From Mustelus asterias (Eukaryota): 64,000 nt of DNA. The translations under genes and the position numbers were made by a program. Below, one piece after another: positions 49,311 through 60,934 of this stretch (the first letter of the stretch is position 1; each line of letters starts with the position of its first letter). The stretch covers positions 496,001 to 560,000 of the forward strand of contig NW_027590136.1 of assembly GCF_964213995.1 (NCBI RefSeq). Reading direction: 5' to 3'. The notes beneath the pieces were generated by a model. The model searched no databases. It was given only the letters and a program-made list of their open reading frames with translations, and had not been told where the DNA came from.

Positions 49311-49578
49311 ACAATCGGAGTGAATGAGGGGCGGGGCTGGAGGACTGAGCGGGACAGCCTGGTCCTCCAGCCAATCGGAGTGAATAAGGGACGGGGCGGG
49401 AGGACCAAGCGGGACAGCCTGGTCCTCCAGCCAATAGGAGTGAATGAAGGGCGGGACTGGAGGACCGAGGGGGACAGTCTGGTCCTCCAGCCAATGGGAG
49501 TGAATGAGGGGCGGGGCTGGTGGACGGGGAGGACAGCCTGGTCCTCCAGCCAATGGGAGTGAATGAGGGGCGGGGCTG
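49311..49578. repeat. ~60-bp tandem repeat x4.5 of a CCAAT + GC-box promoter unit
   Basis: CCAATCGGAGTGAATGAGGGGCGGGGCTGGAGGAC..GGGACAGCCTGGTCCTCCAG at ~49311, 49371, 49431, 49491, 49550. Confidence 0.9.
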
Positions 49579-49579
49579 A

Positions 49580-50178
49580 GTGCGGACCCCCATTGTGATC
49601 TGGAGCATGCGCATTGCCGCTCACAGTTGAGGATTGAGGCGGTTGTGGGAATTATCAGCCCGGGAGATACCGCCGGATAAATCAGGAACGAGAGACGGAG
49701 CCGGTGGGTGGGTTGGTTTGGAGGCTTCATAAGACATGCTGTATAGGCCCCAAGTCCTCATACGAAGCTCGGATTCGGTATTTAAACGGATGACAGCTGC
49801 TCGGGCTTTACCCTCAGACAGGCCCGGGTGAACGGCCGCCATCTTGAGACGGGCACAGCTTGCGGCGGAGCGCGTGCGCAGACAGAGGGAGTTCCAGGCT
49901 CATTCCAGATCCCGATTGAATCTGATTGGTTGGAGGACCAGCGTCTCCCGCTCGGTCATCCGGCCCCGCCTCCTCTTCCTATTGGTCCGAGCTGCCGTCA
50001 ATCAACCCCTGGGCATTGTGAGCTGAAACAAACCCTTCAGAATCATTGTCAGCTCCCTGGTTTGCAGCTGCGGGGCTTCTCCCTCCCTCCCGGGAACAGG
50101 CCCAGGTTAACGGCCCCATCCTGGCTCAGCCACTGGAGGATGGTTCACATCAGAGGATGGGGGAGGGGGACAATAAAT
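49580..50178. promoter_or_regulatory. Chimeric CpG promoter/first-exon region upstream of the 51611 ZNF gene
   Basis: GCATGCGCA, GCCGCCATCTT (YY1), ATTGG and GC boxes; 50027-50178 is an inverted copy of ~45917-46070. Confidence 0.65.
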
Positions 50179-51610
50179 CATCGAATCCCTACAGTGTAGA
50201 AGGAGACCATTCGGCCCAGTGAGTCTGCACCGACCACAACCCCATCCCTCACTGTTTGTATGTTCCCACAACTCTGGGAGAAGACAGCCTCACACAGCCT
50301 GACCTCAGTTCTGGCAAGACCCATTCACCATTCTTTGATTTGATTTATTATTGTCACGTGTATTATCATACAGTGAAAAGTATTGTTTCTTGCGCACTAT
50401 ACAGACAAAACATACCGTTCATAGAGAAGGAAATGAGAGGGTGCAGAATGTAGTGTTACAGTTACAGCTAGGGTGTAGAGAAAAATCAACTTAATGCAAG
50501 GTAAGTCCATTCAAAAGTCCGACAACAGCAGGGAAGAAGTTGTTCTTGAGTCGGTTGGTACGTGACCTCAGACTTTTGTATCTTTTTCCCGACCGATAAA
50601 GATGGAAGAGAGAATGTCCGGGATGCATGAGGTCCTTAATTATGCTGGCTGCTTTGCCGAGGCAGCAGGAAGTGTAGCAGAGTCAATGGATTGGAGGCAC
50701 ATCTTTGGACTGTGGGAGGAAACTGGAGCACCCGGAGGAAACCCACGCAGACATGGGGAGAATGTGCAGACTCCATACAGAGAGTGACCCAAGCCAGGAA
50801 TCAAACCTGGGTCCCTGGCGCTGTGAGGCAGCAGTGCTAAACACTGTGCCACCCCAGAGGGAGGGGGTGGAATCTGCAAGTAAGGAAAGGAATTGTGAAG
50901 ATGGTGTGATGGATTTAGCAGGCTGATCAACTCTCATGGTGAAAATTATGGTACAGCCTGCCCTGGAGACCAAATGAATGGTGGATGGGTCTTGCCAGAA
51001 CTGAGGTCAGGCTGTGTGGAAGTGGCGTCGGCCAGAGTTGTGGGAACATGCAAACAGTGAGGGATGGGGTTGTATGCAATGAGAAAGCCTGGGACAGTGG
51101 ACTCAAATACAGATCAATCCTGTTAAATATGGGACAGATAGTTAGCCTGGGAAGAGTGTGTGGGATGAGGAGTCACTGTTTTCAAGGCACAAGTAAAGAC
51201 AGATGTATCATGAAAAATGTAATTCTGTTCAGAATTTCTCCATTTATAAATTTTGTAAACTCCTTTTTCCAGGAAATTAGAGTGTGTGGATTATTGGACA
51301 GTAAGCTCAAACTGAACATCACAGAATGATCTGACAGAATCACTCAGTTCACCACAGCCAATATCATCAGTGTTTGAATTTGGAAGGAGCAATGTTTGTC
51401 TGTGAGACCATTTCAAACATCAGTGTGACGGGAAAAGCATCAAAACACATCCTGGAATGAGAGTGCTGCAGAGCACTAACCGTGAAAGATCTTTAACTAG
51501 TTAAACAGCCTGTAAAAACATCAGACCGCTCGCAGCGGGGAGTAACTACACGTACTCTGTGTGTGTTCAACTGATTCTGCAACCTGGAGAGGGACAAGGA
51601 AACTGGCACC

Positions 51611-52105
51611 ATGGAGAAATCATGGAAATGTGAGGACTGTGGTAAAGGATACAATTCTTCATCCCGGCTGGAAATCCATCGACGCGTTCACACTGGGGAG
51701 AAGCCATTCAGCTGTTCCGTGTGTGAGAGGAGATTCACTCAGTCAGCTGCCCTTCGGTTACACCAGCGGGTTCACGCTGTGAAGAAGCCATTCAGCTGCA
51801 CAACCTGTGGAGAGAAATTCCAGACTTCATCCCTTCTCACTGAACACCAGCGGATTCACACGGGTGCCAAACCATTCATTTGCTTTGTGTGTGGGATGGG
51901 ATTCACTCAGATATTCGCTATCCAGTCACACCACCGAATGCACACGAAGGAGGATCCATTCAGGTGCACCACCTGTGGAGAAAGTTTCAGGCAGTCAACC
52001 GACCTCAATAAACACCAACACACTCACACTGGGGAGAAGCCGTTCACCTGCTCCGTGTGTGGGAAGGGATTCCCTTGGTCATCCCAACTGCTGTCACATC
52101 GGTGA
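51611..52105 (+). CDS. C2H2 zinc-finger protein, 5 complete fingers; premature TGA in finger 6 (ancestral end 52201)
   Basis: MEKSWKCEDC...; CAT CGG TGA GTT CAC at 52097-52111; a seventh finger follows in frame. Confidence 0.75.
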   Translation: MEKSWKCEDCGKGYNSSSRLEIHRRVHTGEKPFSCSVCERRFTQSAALRLHQRVHAVKKPFSCTTCGEKFQTSSLLTEHQRIHTGAKPFICFVCGMGFTQIFAIQSHHRMHTKEDPFRCTTCGESFRQSTDLNKHQHTHTGEKPFTCSVCGKGFPWSSQLLSHR

Positions 52106-52424
52106 GTTCACACCGGGGGGAGACCGTTCACCTGCTCCGTGTGTGGGGAGGGGTTCACTCAGTCACAACGTCTGTTGAGACACCAGCAAATTCACAAGTG
52201 ACTGTTTGCTGCTGTTAAAAACATTCAGGATCGATAGTCTGACAATATCTGGTTTGATTCTGCTGATGTTAACAATCCGATAACTCGCTAGAATCTGGAG
52301 ATGTCACGATTTTTGGGCTGTTTTGTCCCTTTTTAAAATCGCCATCTGTGATCTTTCTCCTCAATTCAAGAACCCTCAGCAGAAGTTTAGTTGCAAGAAA
52401 AGTTATGAAGTTTTCAGAATCCTA

Positions 52425-52769
52425 GAAGAATCTTAGAAATCCTACAGCACAGAAAGAGGCCATTCGGCCCATCGAGTCTGCACCGACCACAATCCCACCC
52501 AGGCCCTACCCCCATATCCCTACATATTTACCCACTAATCTCTCTAACCTACGCATCCCAGGACACTAAGGGCAATTTTTAGCATAGCCAATCAACCTAA
52601 CCCGCACATCTTTGGACTGTGGGAGGAAACCGGAGCACCCGGAGGAAACCCACGCAGACACAAGGAGAATGTGCAAACTCCACACAGACAGTGACCCGAG
52701 CCGGGAATCGAACCCAGGTCCCTGGAGCTGTGAAGCAGCAGTGCTAACCACTGTGCTACCGTGCCGCCC
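52425..52769 (-). mobile_element. HE1-like V-SINE, full length
   Basis: Reverse-complement head, V-domain and tail. Confidence 0.85.
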
Positions 52770-53599
52770 AAATTCAGTCCTAAATTGATCTTTGATACAA
52801 AATGTACAATTCAGTGTCTGAAATGTTCCACTGATTAACATCTCCAATTAAAAAGTGCTGATTAATCCTTGCTGACAATTCTTACTGACTTCTTCACAGT
52901 GCCGTGTCCATTATGAAATTAAATGATGAAAGGAAGCGAAACAAAGAAGTGAAATATTGCACAGTCACATCAGTCTTCTGTGGCAAAGAGTTCCAACAGA
53001 TTCACCACTCTCTGGCTGAAGAAATTCCTCCTAATCTCTGTTTTAAAGGATCGTCCCTTTAGCCTGAGGTTGTGCCCTGGAGTATTCCGGTTAACACACT
53101 GGAATACTCCCTTGGCCCTTTAGGATAATGTCACTGCAGTATATGGGATCTGCAGAAACATTTAATTACATTCTACCAGCCACCTGGTATGCTTAACTGT
53201 GGAAACCCTTTTCCATTAAGGTCTCAGATTACTACAGCAGATATGCATTGTTCTGACTCGACGAGCTGAGCTGTGGAATTAATTGGATAGATCTTCCAGA
53301 GAGCCAGCAGAGACATAATGGGCCAAATGGTTTCTATTTATGCTGTATCATTCTCTAAAACAGTGAATATTCAGTATCAGGGAGAGAGAGAAGAACCAGT
53401 GACTGTGCGATTGAACCCAGCCAGAATCAGCACCATAAAAGGAGGAGTGAGAGGGGAAACGGTATAAAAGCTTTGAAACCATTGCATGGTCCTGCAGCAG
53501 AACTTTGAGAAATGGAGCACAGCAATGTACCAATTCTCAATATTTCATTAATTTACCTCAAATGCTTACAACGTTATTATGAATTAATTGCATGAGGTT

Positions 53600-53960
53600 T
53601 CAATGGCGGTTATTACCCAGCATTCGTTGCGGCTGTGACAGTGCCCTATTCACTGCACAGGAGCCCGGTGCGCAAGCGCAGTGCTGTATCTGGCGCATGC
53701 GCAGTGTCACTTTGCTCGGAGCCCTGCGAGTGCTGGAGACGCTTATTTCAAGGGGTGGGAATCGGTGGGGCGGAGGGAGGAATGGAGCCGGGAGTCGGGG
53801 TGGGGAGGAAACAGAGGCTTCACAAACATCTGCTGCAGGCCGCAAGGTCTGAATAAGAGCCTTCCGGTCCCGGGTTTGCAGCTCCGTGGATTTTATCCAG
53901 GATCAGGCCCATCTTTGTTTAGCGGGGACCAGAGCGCATGCGCGGTCAGTGGGCAGAGCT
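53600..53960. promoter_or_regulatory. CpG promoter module for the 58929 ZNF gene
   Basis: GCGCATGCGCA and GCGCATGCGCG (NRF1), CTTCCGG (ETS); YY1 site partly deleted relative to 17210. Confidence 0.65.
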
Positions 53961-55123
53961 TCAGGATTTGGGTGACCAGGAGAGACAATGTTTGAGTCAT
54001 TGACTGACAGGCCGGGTTAATGGATGCTGCCTTTCACCTTCTCAATTTGCAGCGGCGGCTCGCCGTCTTTTATACACTTTGATCATACAGACATTAGCGG
54101 TTACTTCGTCATTAGCTTTGGGTGGTTACCTGTACTTAGCCAATTGGGCTCCCCTCGCAATAATTGACCTCCAATCACATTCCTTCAAAAACAACTGTTA
54201 ACAAAAACCCACAACTTTTTGTTTCGGTTCCCCTTTATCTTAAGCTAAGCTGACCATCAGGACCTCGCGGTCTGGTTTTTTTTGTCTGTTCCGTATTTTT
54301 TATACAATAACAGGATGTAGCTCAAAGGTTAGTTCGTTATTTAGTCAGCAACAGAATGATCTTTGTTAACCACAGGATAACTGCTGGGCACAGCCCTGTA
54401 GTCATGTACGCATTAACTTTCAAAGGTCACAGTCTTAATTTCACTCCAAAAATCACATCTCATTTATCTAAAATCCAATGAGCACAGATGCACCCCTCCT
54501 AAACTTTCCTCATAAAACAGACCCCTTCATGCCCGAAATCAGCGAGTGAACCTTGTCTGAATTGCTTCCAATGCAAGTATTTTCCATCTTAAGTAATCTT
54601 ATGCCAGAAAACAGGAGGGGAGAATGTTATGTGGATTCAGGATTGACAAAGGATTGTTGGAGGTGACACAGTGGTTAGCACTTCTGTCTCATAGCGCCAG
54701 AGACCCGGTTCAATTCCAGCCTCGGGTAATTGTCTGTATGGAGTTTGCACATTCTCCCTCTGTCTGTGTGGGTTTCCTCTGGGTGCTCTCGTTTCCTCCC
54801 ACACTCCAAAGAGTGGGTTGGTCGACCATGCTAAATTGTCCCTTTGTGTCCCAAGATGAGCGGGAAGGAAAAGATTAGTGATGTATGTACATCAGGTTAC
54901 AGGGATAGGGCCTGAGTAAAGGAGCTCTGTTAGAAACTTGGTGCAGACTCGATGGGCTAAAAGGTCTCCTTCTGCACTGCAGAGATTCTGTGATTTTGGA
55001 ATCTCCTTTTACAGATGGTTAGAAGAAGAGGATTTTTACAGCAATCTCAAACCCCCCAAAAAATGTGTGTTTCTTAATTTCAAGCCACAATTGACACATG
55101 ACTCTTGTAATCTCCTTTTGCAG

Positions 55124-55227
55124 GGAGTTGGAACATTTGAAGATTGCAATTTTTCTCTGATTCCAGTGCTTCTGACATCTTTCCAGCCGCAGGTTTTAAA
55201 TGAGAAAATAGTGAAATTGTTTCAGAG
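55124..55227 (+). other. Putative 104-nt 5' UTR exon of the 58929 ZNF gene
   Basis: CTCCTTTTGCAG| ... CAGAG|GTGAGT. Confidence 0.55.
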
Positions 55228-56391
55228 GTGAGTATTATTGAACATTTACCTATAATTTTGAATTTTCGTCCTGTGCTCTGTTATCTGTACTCTCGTTCCA
55301 CGTCTCTGGGGCTGGTGTGACTCCGTTACTGTGGATCTGAATCCATGTCCATCCATTGCTTTGTTTCACCTCTGCCCTCCCTGATCACCTCTCTGTCATT
55401 GTCAGTTCAGAGAAGGATCTGCAGGCTGATAGCTGGGATGAAGGGATTGTTTTGTGAGGAAAGTTTGGGCCTGTATTGACTGGAGTTTAGAGGTGATCAT
55501 AGTATTGACATCAGATTGTGAGGTAGTGATTAGTATAGATGAAGAGAGGATGTTTCCAATGTTGGGGATTCCAGAATTAGTCGGCAGATTGTCAAAATAA
55601 AGGGTCCCCCATTTCTGATGGCGAGGAGGAGAAATGTCTTCCCTCAGAGGGCCGTTAGTCTTTGCAATTCTCTTCCCCAGAGAGCAGTGGAGGCTGCATC
55701 ATTAAATATACTCAAAATACAGAGAATTCTGATCGAAAAGGGAGTCAAGGGTGACAGGAAGAAAAGTGGAGTTAAGATCACAATCAGATCAGATCAGCCA
55801 TGATGGGGAGACGATGGCCTTGATGGGGAGACGATGGCCTTGTGGTATTATTGCTGGACTATTAATTCAGAAACTCAGCTAATGTTCTGGGGACCCGGGT
55901 TTGAATCCTGCCATAGAATCATAGAAATCCTACAGTACAGAAGGAGGCCATTCAGCCCATCGAGTCTGCACCGACAACAATCCCACCCCACAGCAGCTGG
56001 TGGAATTTGAATTCAATTAAAAATATCTGGAATTAAGAAATTCCTGATGACCATGAAACCCTTTCGATTGTCGGAAAAACCTATCTGGTTCACGAATGTC
56101 CTTCAGGGAATGAAATCTGCCATCCTTAACTGGTCTGGCCTTCATGTGACTCCAAAGCCACAACAATGTGGTTGACTCTCAACTGCCCTCCAAGGGCTAC
56201 TGGGGATGGGTAATAAATGCTGGCCAGCCAGCAACATCCATGTCCCATGAATGAATAAAAAAAATTCAATTGAACAGCTTGGTGGGCTGAATTTCTAACT
56301 ATTTCTTATGATCTGTCAGGAACATGAAATGGTGAGTGTCGATCAGCATTAATTAGCACCTTCAGGAGAATTGGGTAGTTTATATTATAGA

Positions 56392-56707
56392 ACTCATAGA
56401 AACCCTACAGTGCAGAAGGAGGCCATTCGGCCCATCGAGTCTGCACCGACCACAATCCCACCCAGGCCCTACCCCCACATATTTACCCGCTAATCCACGC
56501 ATCTCAGAACTCTAAGGGGCAATTTTTAACCTGGCCAATCAACCTAACCCGCACTGTGGGAGGAAACCGGAGCACCCGGAGGAAACCCACGCAGACACGA
56601 GGAGAATGTGCAAACTCCACACAGACAGTGACCCGAGCCGGGAATCGAACCCGGGACCCTGGAGCTGTGAAGCAGCAGTGCTAACCACTGTGCTACCGTG
56701 CCGCCCC
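56392..56707 (-). mobile_element. HE1-like V-SINE (duplicate of 14434-14762)
   Basis: Same flanks as the left-arm copy. Confidence 0.85.
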
Positions 56708-57239
56708 TAAAGTTTAAAGTTTATTTATTAGTCTCAAGTAAGGCTTATATTAACACTGCAATTTCTCTTAAAGACATTGAGATCCTTTGCTCCCTCAGCT
56801 TGACACATTGATTTGTCTGGCTAAAAAGTCCCTTTCCTAATGTTCACAATTAAAGGGCTGGTTTCCTGAGGAGATGGCTGACATTTAAAAGAACAATAAA
56901 TTAATATAGGACAGAGATATGCTTAGTGTTGTTATATTGTAGATTTGATATATTATTTATGGTTCTGTAACAAAGTACATTTATTATTATTTCTCATCTT
57001 GTAATGTAACACTGAAGCAATGTTATATATTTCCACTCATTGAGTCACTACAGCGCAGAAGGAGTCCATTCAGTAACTCGAATCCATGCCGACTCTCTGT
57101 AGAACAATCCAGTCAGTCCCATTCCCTTTCTATATTCCCTTTCCCCTGCAACTTTATTTCCTTCATGTGCCCATCTAATTTCTGATATATATTAAAGGGG
57201 ACAGTAAACTAATATCGGACAGAGACACGTCTGATGTTG

Positions 57240-57625
57240 TTTTTAATTCATCCTTGGGACACGGGCATTGCCGGCTGGGCCAGCATTTATTGCCCATCCC
57301 CAATTGCCCCTTGAACTGAATGGCTCGCTGGGCCATTTCGGAGGATGGTTGAGAGTCAACCACATTACTGTGGCTCTGGAGTCACATGTAGGCCAGACTG
57401 GGTAAGGACGGCAGATTTCCTTCCCTAAAGCACATTAATGAACCAAATGGGTTTTTCTGGTCAATCAACAATGATTTCATGGTCATCAGTAGATTCTTAG
57501 TTCTAGATTTTGTTTTTAAATTCAAATTCCACCATCTGCCGTGGCAGGATTCAAACCTGGGTCCCCAGAACATCAGCTAAATTTCTGGATTAATAGTCTA
57601 GCGATAATACCACGAGGCTATCCGC
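57240..57625 (-). mobile_element. SacSINE1-like SINE (duplicate of 13510-13895)
   Basis: Same flanks as the left-arm copy. Confidence 0.7.
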
Positions 57626-58928
57626 TTCCCTGTTATATGGTACAGATTAGATATATTATTTATAGCTCTGTAATAAAATACACTTATTATATCTGGCTGT
57701 GTAATTTTGGACGACAGCTATATTATATATTTCCAACAATCTCTTCCCTCAGAGAATTGTTAGTATCAAGATTTCTCTTCCATAGGGACCAGTGGAGGGA
57801 TTGAATGTATTCAAGGATGAGTTAGACAGTTTTTGAATGACAAGGGAGTCAATAATTATTGGGAACAGGCTGGAAAATGGAGAGAAAGCTCAGATGAGGA
57901 AGGATTTCTTCACTCAAGGATGTGGTGATGTTTTGGATTCTCTACCCCAGAGGACTATAGAGCCTCAGTCATCAAGAATTTTCAAGAGAGGGATTGATAG
58001 GTTTCTAGATATTGAAGATATCGATGGATATGGGGGACAGTGTGGGGAAAATAATGCAGAGGTAGATCAACCAATAATCTGAATGAATGGTTGAGCAGAC
58101 TCGATGGGCCGAATGCTGACTGCAGCTCCTATTTGTTCTGATTTCTGTGCTGGACAGGAAGCAGTGAGCATGGATCTGTCAATCAGCCTCAATCAGCACC
58201 TTCAGGAGAATTGGGAGGGTGAATATTAGATACAGCAGAGTGAGAATGGAGGGAGAGTGTGTGGGATGGAGGCTCACGTCTTTTGGGGAATGGGAGAGGA
58301 AAGAACGTTCATTAGAATCACAGAATTGCTGCATCTTATCAACCGTCCCTGAGCTTTCACAATGAATCCCACTTCTGAGGACACCCTTATCTCTGACTTG
58401 TCCGTACTGCTGGCAGTCTCACAAAGCAGCTGCCTGTGTGCTGATACGGGAGGCCCTGCTGGGCAAGTTTAATGCTCCATGACTGTGTCTTTAATGAATG
58501 CTCCATAAACTAGAAATGTAGATTTGAATTTCGATCATATTCTGAATTGCGATTTCTTTTTTTCTAAATTGACTTACAGGATATTAGACAAGGAGAAATC
58601 AGACAGAAATCTCCAACATCACATCGAGATCTGACAGAGTGACTTGATTTCTTGGGACCTGAATATCATCGGCTTTTGAAACTAGCAGGAGAAATGTTTG
58701 TTTGGCCTCTTGGCTTCAAAAGATTGTAAACATCGCTGTGACTAGGAATGCACTGAGATACACACACCCGAGTGAGAGTGTTCCAGTGCACTGAGTGTGG
58801 AAAGAGCTTTAACCAGTTACACAGCCTGAAAATACATCGCAGCATTCACAGCGGGAGAGACTGTACCTGTGTTCTGTGTGAGATTTAACTGATTGTTTAA
58901 CCTGGAGAGTCACAAGGACACCCGAACC

Positions 58929-60554
58929 ATGGAGAAACCGTGGAAATGTGGGAAATGTGGGAAGGGATTCAGGTTCCCATCTCTACTGGAAATTCATCAA
59001 CGCAGTCACACTGGGGAGAGGCCGTTCACCTGCTCTGTGTGTGGGAAGGGATTCACTGACTTACCTAATCTGCAGAGACACCAACGAGTTCACACTGGGG
59101 AGAGGCCATTCACCTGCTGTGTGTGTGGGAAGGGATTCAGTCAGTTATCCAGCCTGCAGAAACACAATCTCACTCACACCAATTGGAGACCATTTAAATG
59201 CTCTGACTGTGGGAGCGGTTTCAAAAGCTCTGGGGAACTGCTGTCCCACCAGCGCGCTCACATTGAGGAGAGACCGTTCAGCTGCTCTCACTGCACAAAG
59301 AGATTTAGAACTTCATCCAACCTGAAGATACACCAGCGAGTTCACACTGGGGAGAGACCATTCACCTGCTCTGTGTGCGGGAAGGGATTCACTCAGTCAT
59401 CCCATTTACAAACACACCAGGGAGTTCACACTGGGGAGAGGCCGTTCACCTGCTCTGTGTGTGGGAAGGGATTCGCTCAGTTATCCAGCCTGCAGAAACA
59501 CAATCTCTCTCACACCAATGAGAGACCATTTAAATGCTCTGACTGTGGGAGTGGTTTCAAAAGTTCTCGGGAACTGATGATTCACCAGCGCATTCACACT
59601 GAGGAGAGACCGTTCAGCTGCTCTCACTGCACAAAGAAGTTTAGAACTTCATCCGACCTGCGGAGACACCAACGAGTTCACACCGGGGAGAGACCATTCA
59701 CCTGCTCGGTGTGTGGGAAGGGATTCACTCATTCATCAAACCTGTGCAGACACAATCTCACTCACACCAATGAGAGACCGTTTAAATGCTCTGACTGTGG
59801 GAGCGGATTCAAAAGCTCTCAGGATCTGGTGTCCCACCAGCGCATTCACACTGAGGAGAGACCGTTCAGCTGCTCTCACTGCTCAATGAGATTTAGAACT
59901 TCATCCAATCTGCAGATTCACCAGCGAGTTCACACCGGGGAGAGGCCATTCACCTGCTCTGTGTGTGAGAAGGGATTCACTCAGTCATGCAGCTTGCAGA
60001 AACACAAAGCCACTCACACCAGTGAGCGACCATTTAAATGCTCTGACTGTGGGAATGGCTTCAAAAGCTCTCAGGATCTGATGTCCCACCAGCGCATTCA
60101 CACTGAGGAGAGACCGTTCAGCTGCTCTCTCTGCACAAAGAGATTTAGAACATCATACAACCTGCTGAAACACCATCGAGTTCACACCGGGGAGAGACCA
60201 TTCACCTGCTCGGTGTGTGGGAAGGGATTCACTACTTCATCCCACCTGCGCAGACACAAAGTCACTCACACTAATGAGAGACCGTTTAAATGCTCTGACT
60301 GTGGGAGCGGATTCAAAAGCTCTCAGGACCTGGTGTCCCACCAGCGCATTCACACTGAGGAGAGACCGTTCAGCTGCTCTCACTGCACAAAGAGGTTTAA
60401 AAGGTCATCCAGCCTGTGGGAACATCAGCGAGTTCACACTGGGGAGAGACCATTCCCCTGCTCTGTGTGTGGGAAGGGATTCACTCAGTCATCCAGCCTG
60501 CAGAAACACAAAGCCACTCACCCCAAGGAGAGCCCCTTTAAATGCTCTGCCTGA
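58929..60554 (+). CDS. C2H2 zinc-finger protein, 19 fingers, 541 aa
   Basis: ATG of [10 protein letters not shown] at 58929; ends at a Cys->TGA in finger 20; acceptor TTACAG|GATATT at ~58579. Confidence 0.92.
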   Translation: MEKPWKCGKCGKGFRFPSLLEIHQRSHTGERPFTCSVCGKGFTDLPNLQRHQRVHTGERPFTCCVCGKGFSQLSSLQKHNLTHTNWRPFKCSDCGSGFKSSGELLSHQRAHIEERPFSCSHCTKRFRTSSNLKIHQRVHTGERPFTCSVCGKGFTQSSHLQTHQGVHTGERPFTCSVCGKGFAQLSSLQKHNLSHTNERPFKCSDCGSGFKSSRELMIHQRIHTEERPFSCSHCTKKFRTSSDLRRHQRVHTGERPFTCSVCGKGFTHSSNLCRHNLTHTNERPFKCSDCGSGFKSSQDLVSHQRIHTEERPFSCSHCSMRFRTSSNLQIHQRVHTGERPFTCSVCEKGFTQSCSLQKHKATHTSERPFKCSDCGNGFKSSQDLMSHQRIHTEERPFSCSLCTKRFRTSYNLLKHHRVHTGERPFTCSVCGKGFTTSSHLRRHKVTHTNERPFKCSDCGSGFKSSQDLVSHQRIHTEERPFSCSHCTKRFKRSSSLWEHQRVHTGERPFPCSVCGKGFTQSSSLQKHKATHPKESPFKCSA

Positions 60555-60934
60555 GAGGCCGGCTTCAAAAGCTCTCAGGAACTGATGATCCCCGAGCACA
60601 TTCACACCGGGGAGAGGCCGTTCAGCTGCTCTCACTGTTCAGGGAGGTTTAGAATATCATCAACACTGCTGAAACACCAGTGAGTTCACACCGGGGAGAA
60701 ACCATTCACCTGCTCGGTGTGTGCGAAAGGATTTACTCGGTTATCCAGCCTGCCCAAACACAACATCATCACACCCAGGAGAGACCCTTTAAATGTCGGC
60801 GTGGCTTCAAAAGCTCTCGGGAACTAATGTCCCACCAGTGAGTTCACACCAGGCAGAGGCTGGTCACCTGCTCTGACTGGGAAGGGATTCACTCAGTCAG
60901 CAAACTTGGTGAAACACCAGTGAGTTCACAAGTG
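60555..60934 (+). pseudogene. About 5 decayed fingers now in the 3' UTR
   Basis: Finger-shaped sequence with TGA at 60681, 60839, 60921 and indels; homologous to the intact last fingers of the 11274-12200 gene. Confidence 0.85.

Noticed and set aside
58887-58892. Conserved in-frame TGA as selenocysteine or readthrough codon
   Set aside because: It is TAA in two paralogs, the upstream frame has other stops and frameshifts, and I recognised no SECIS
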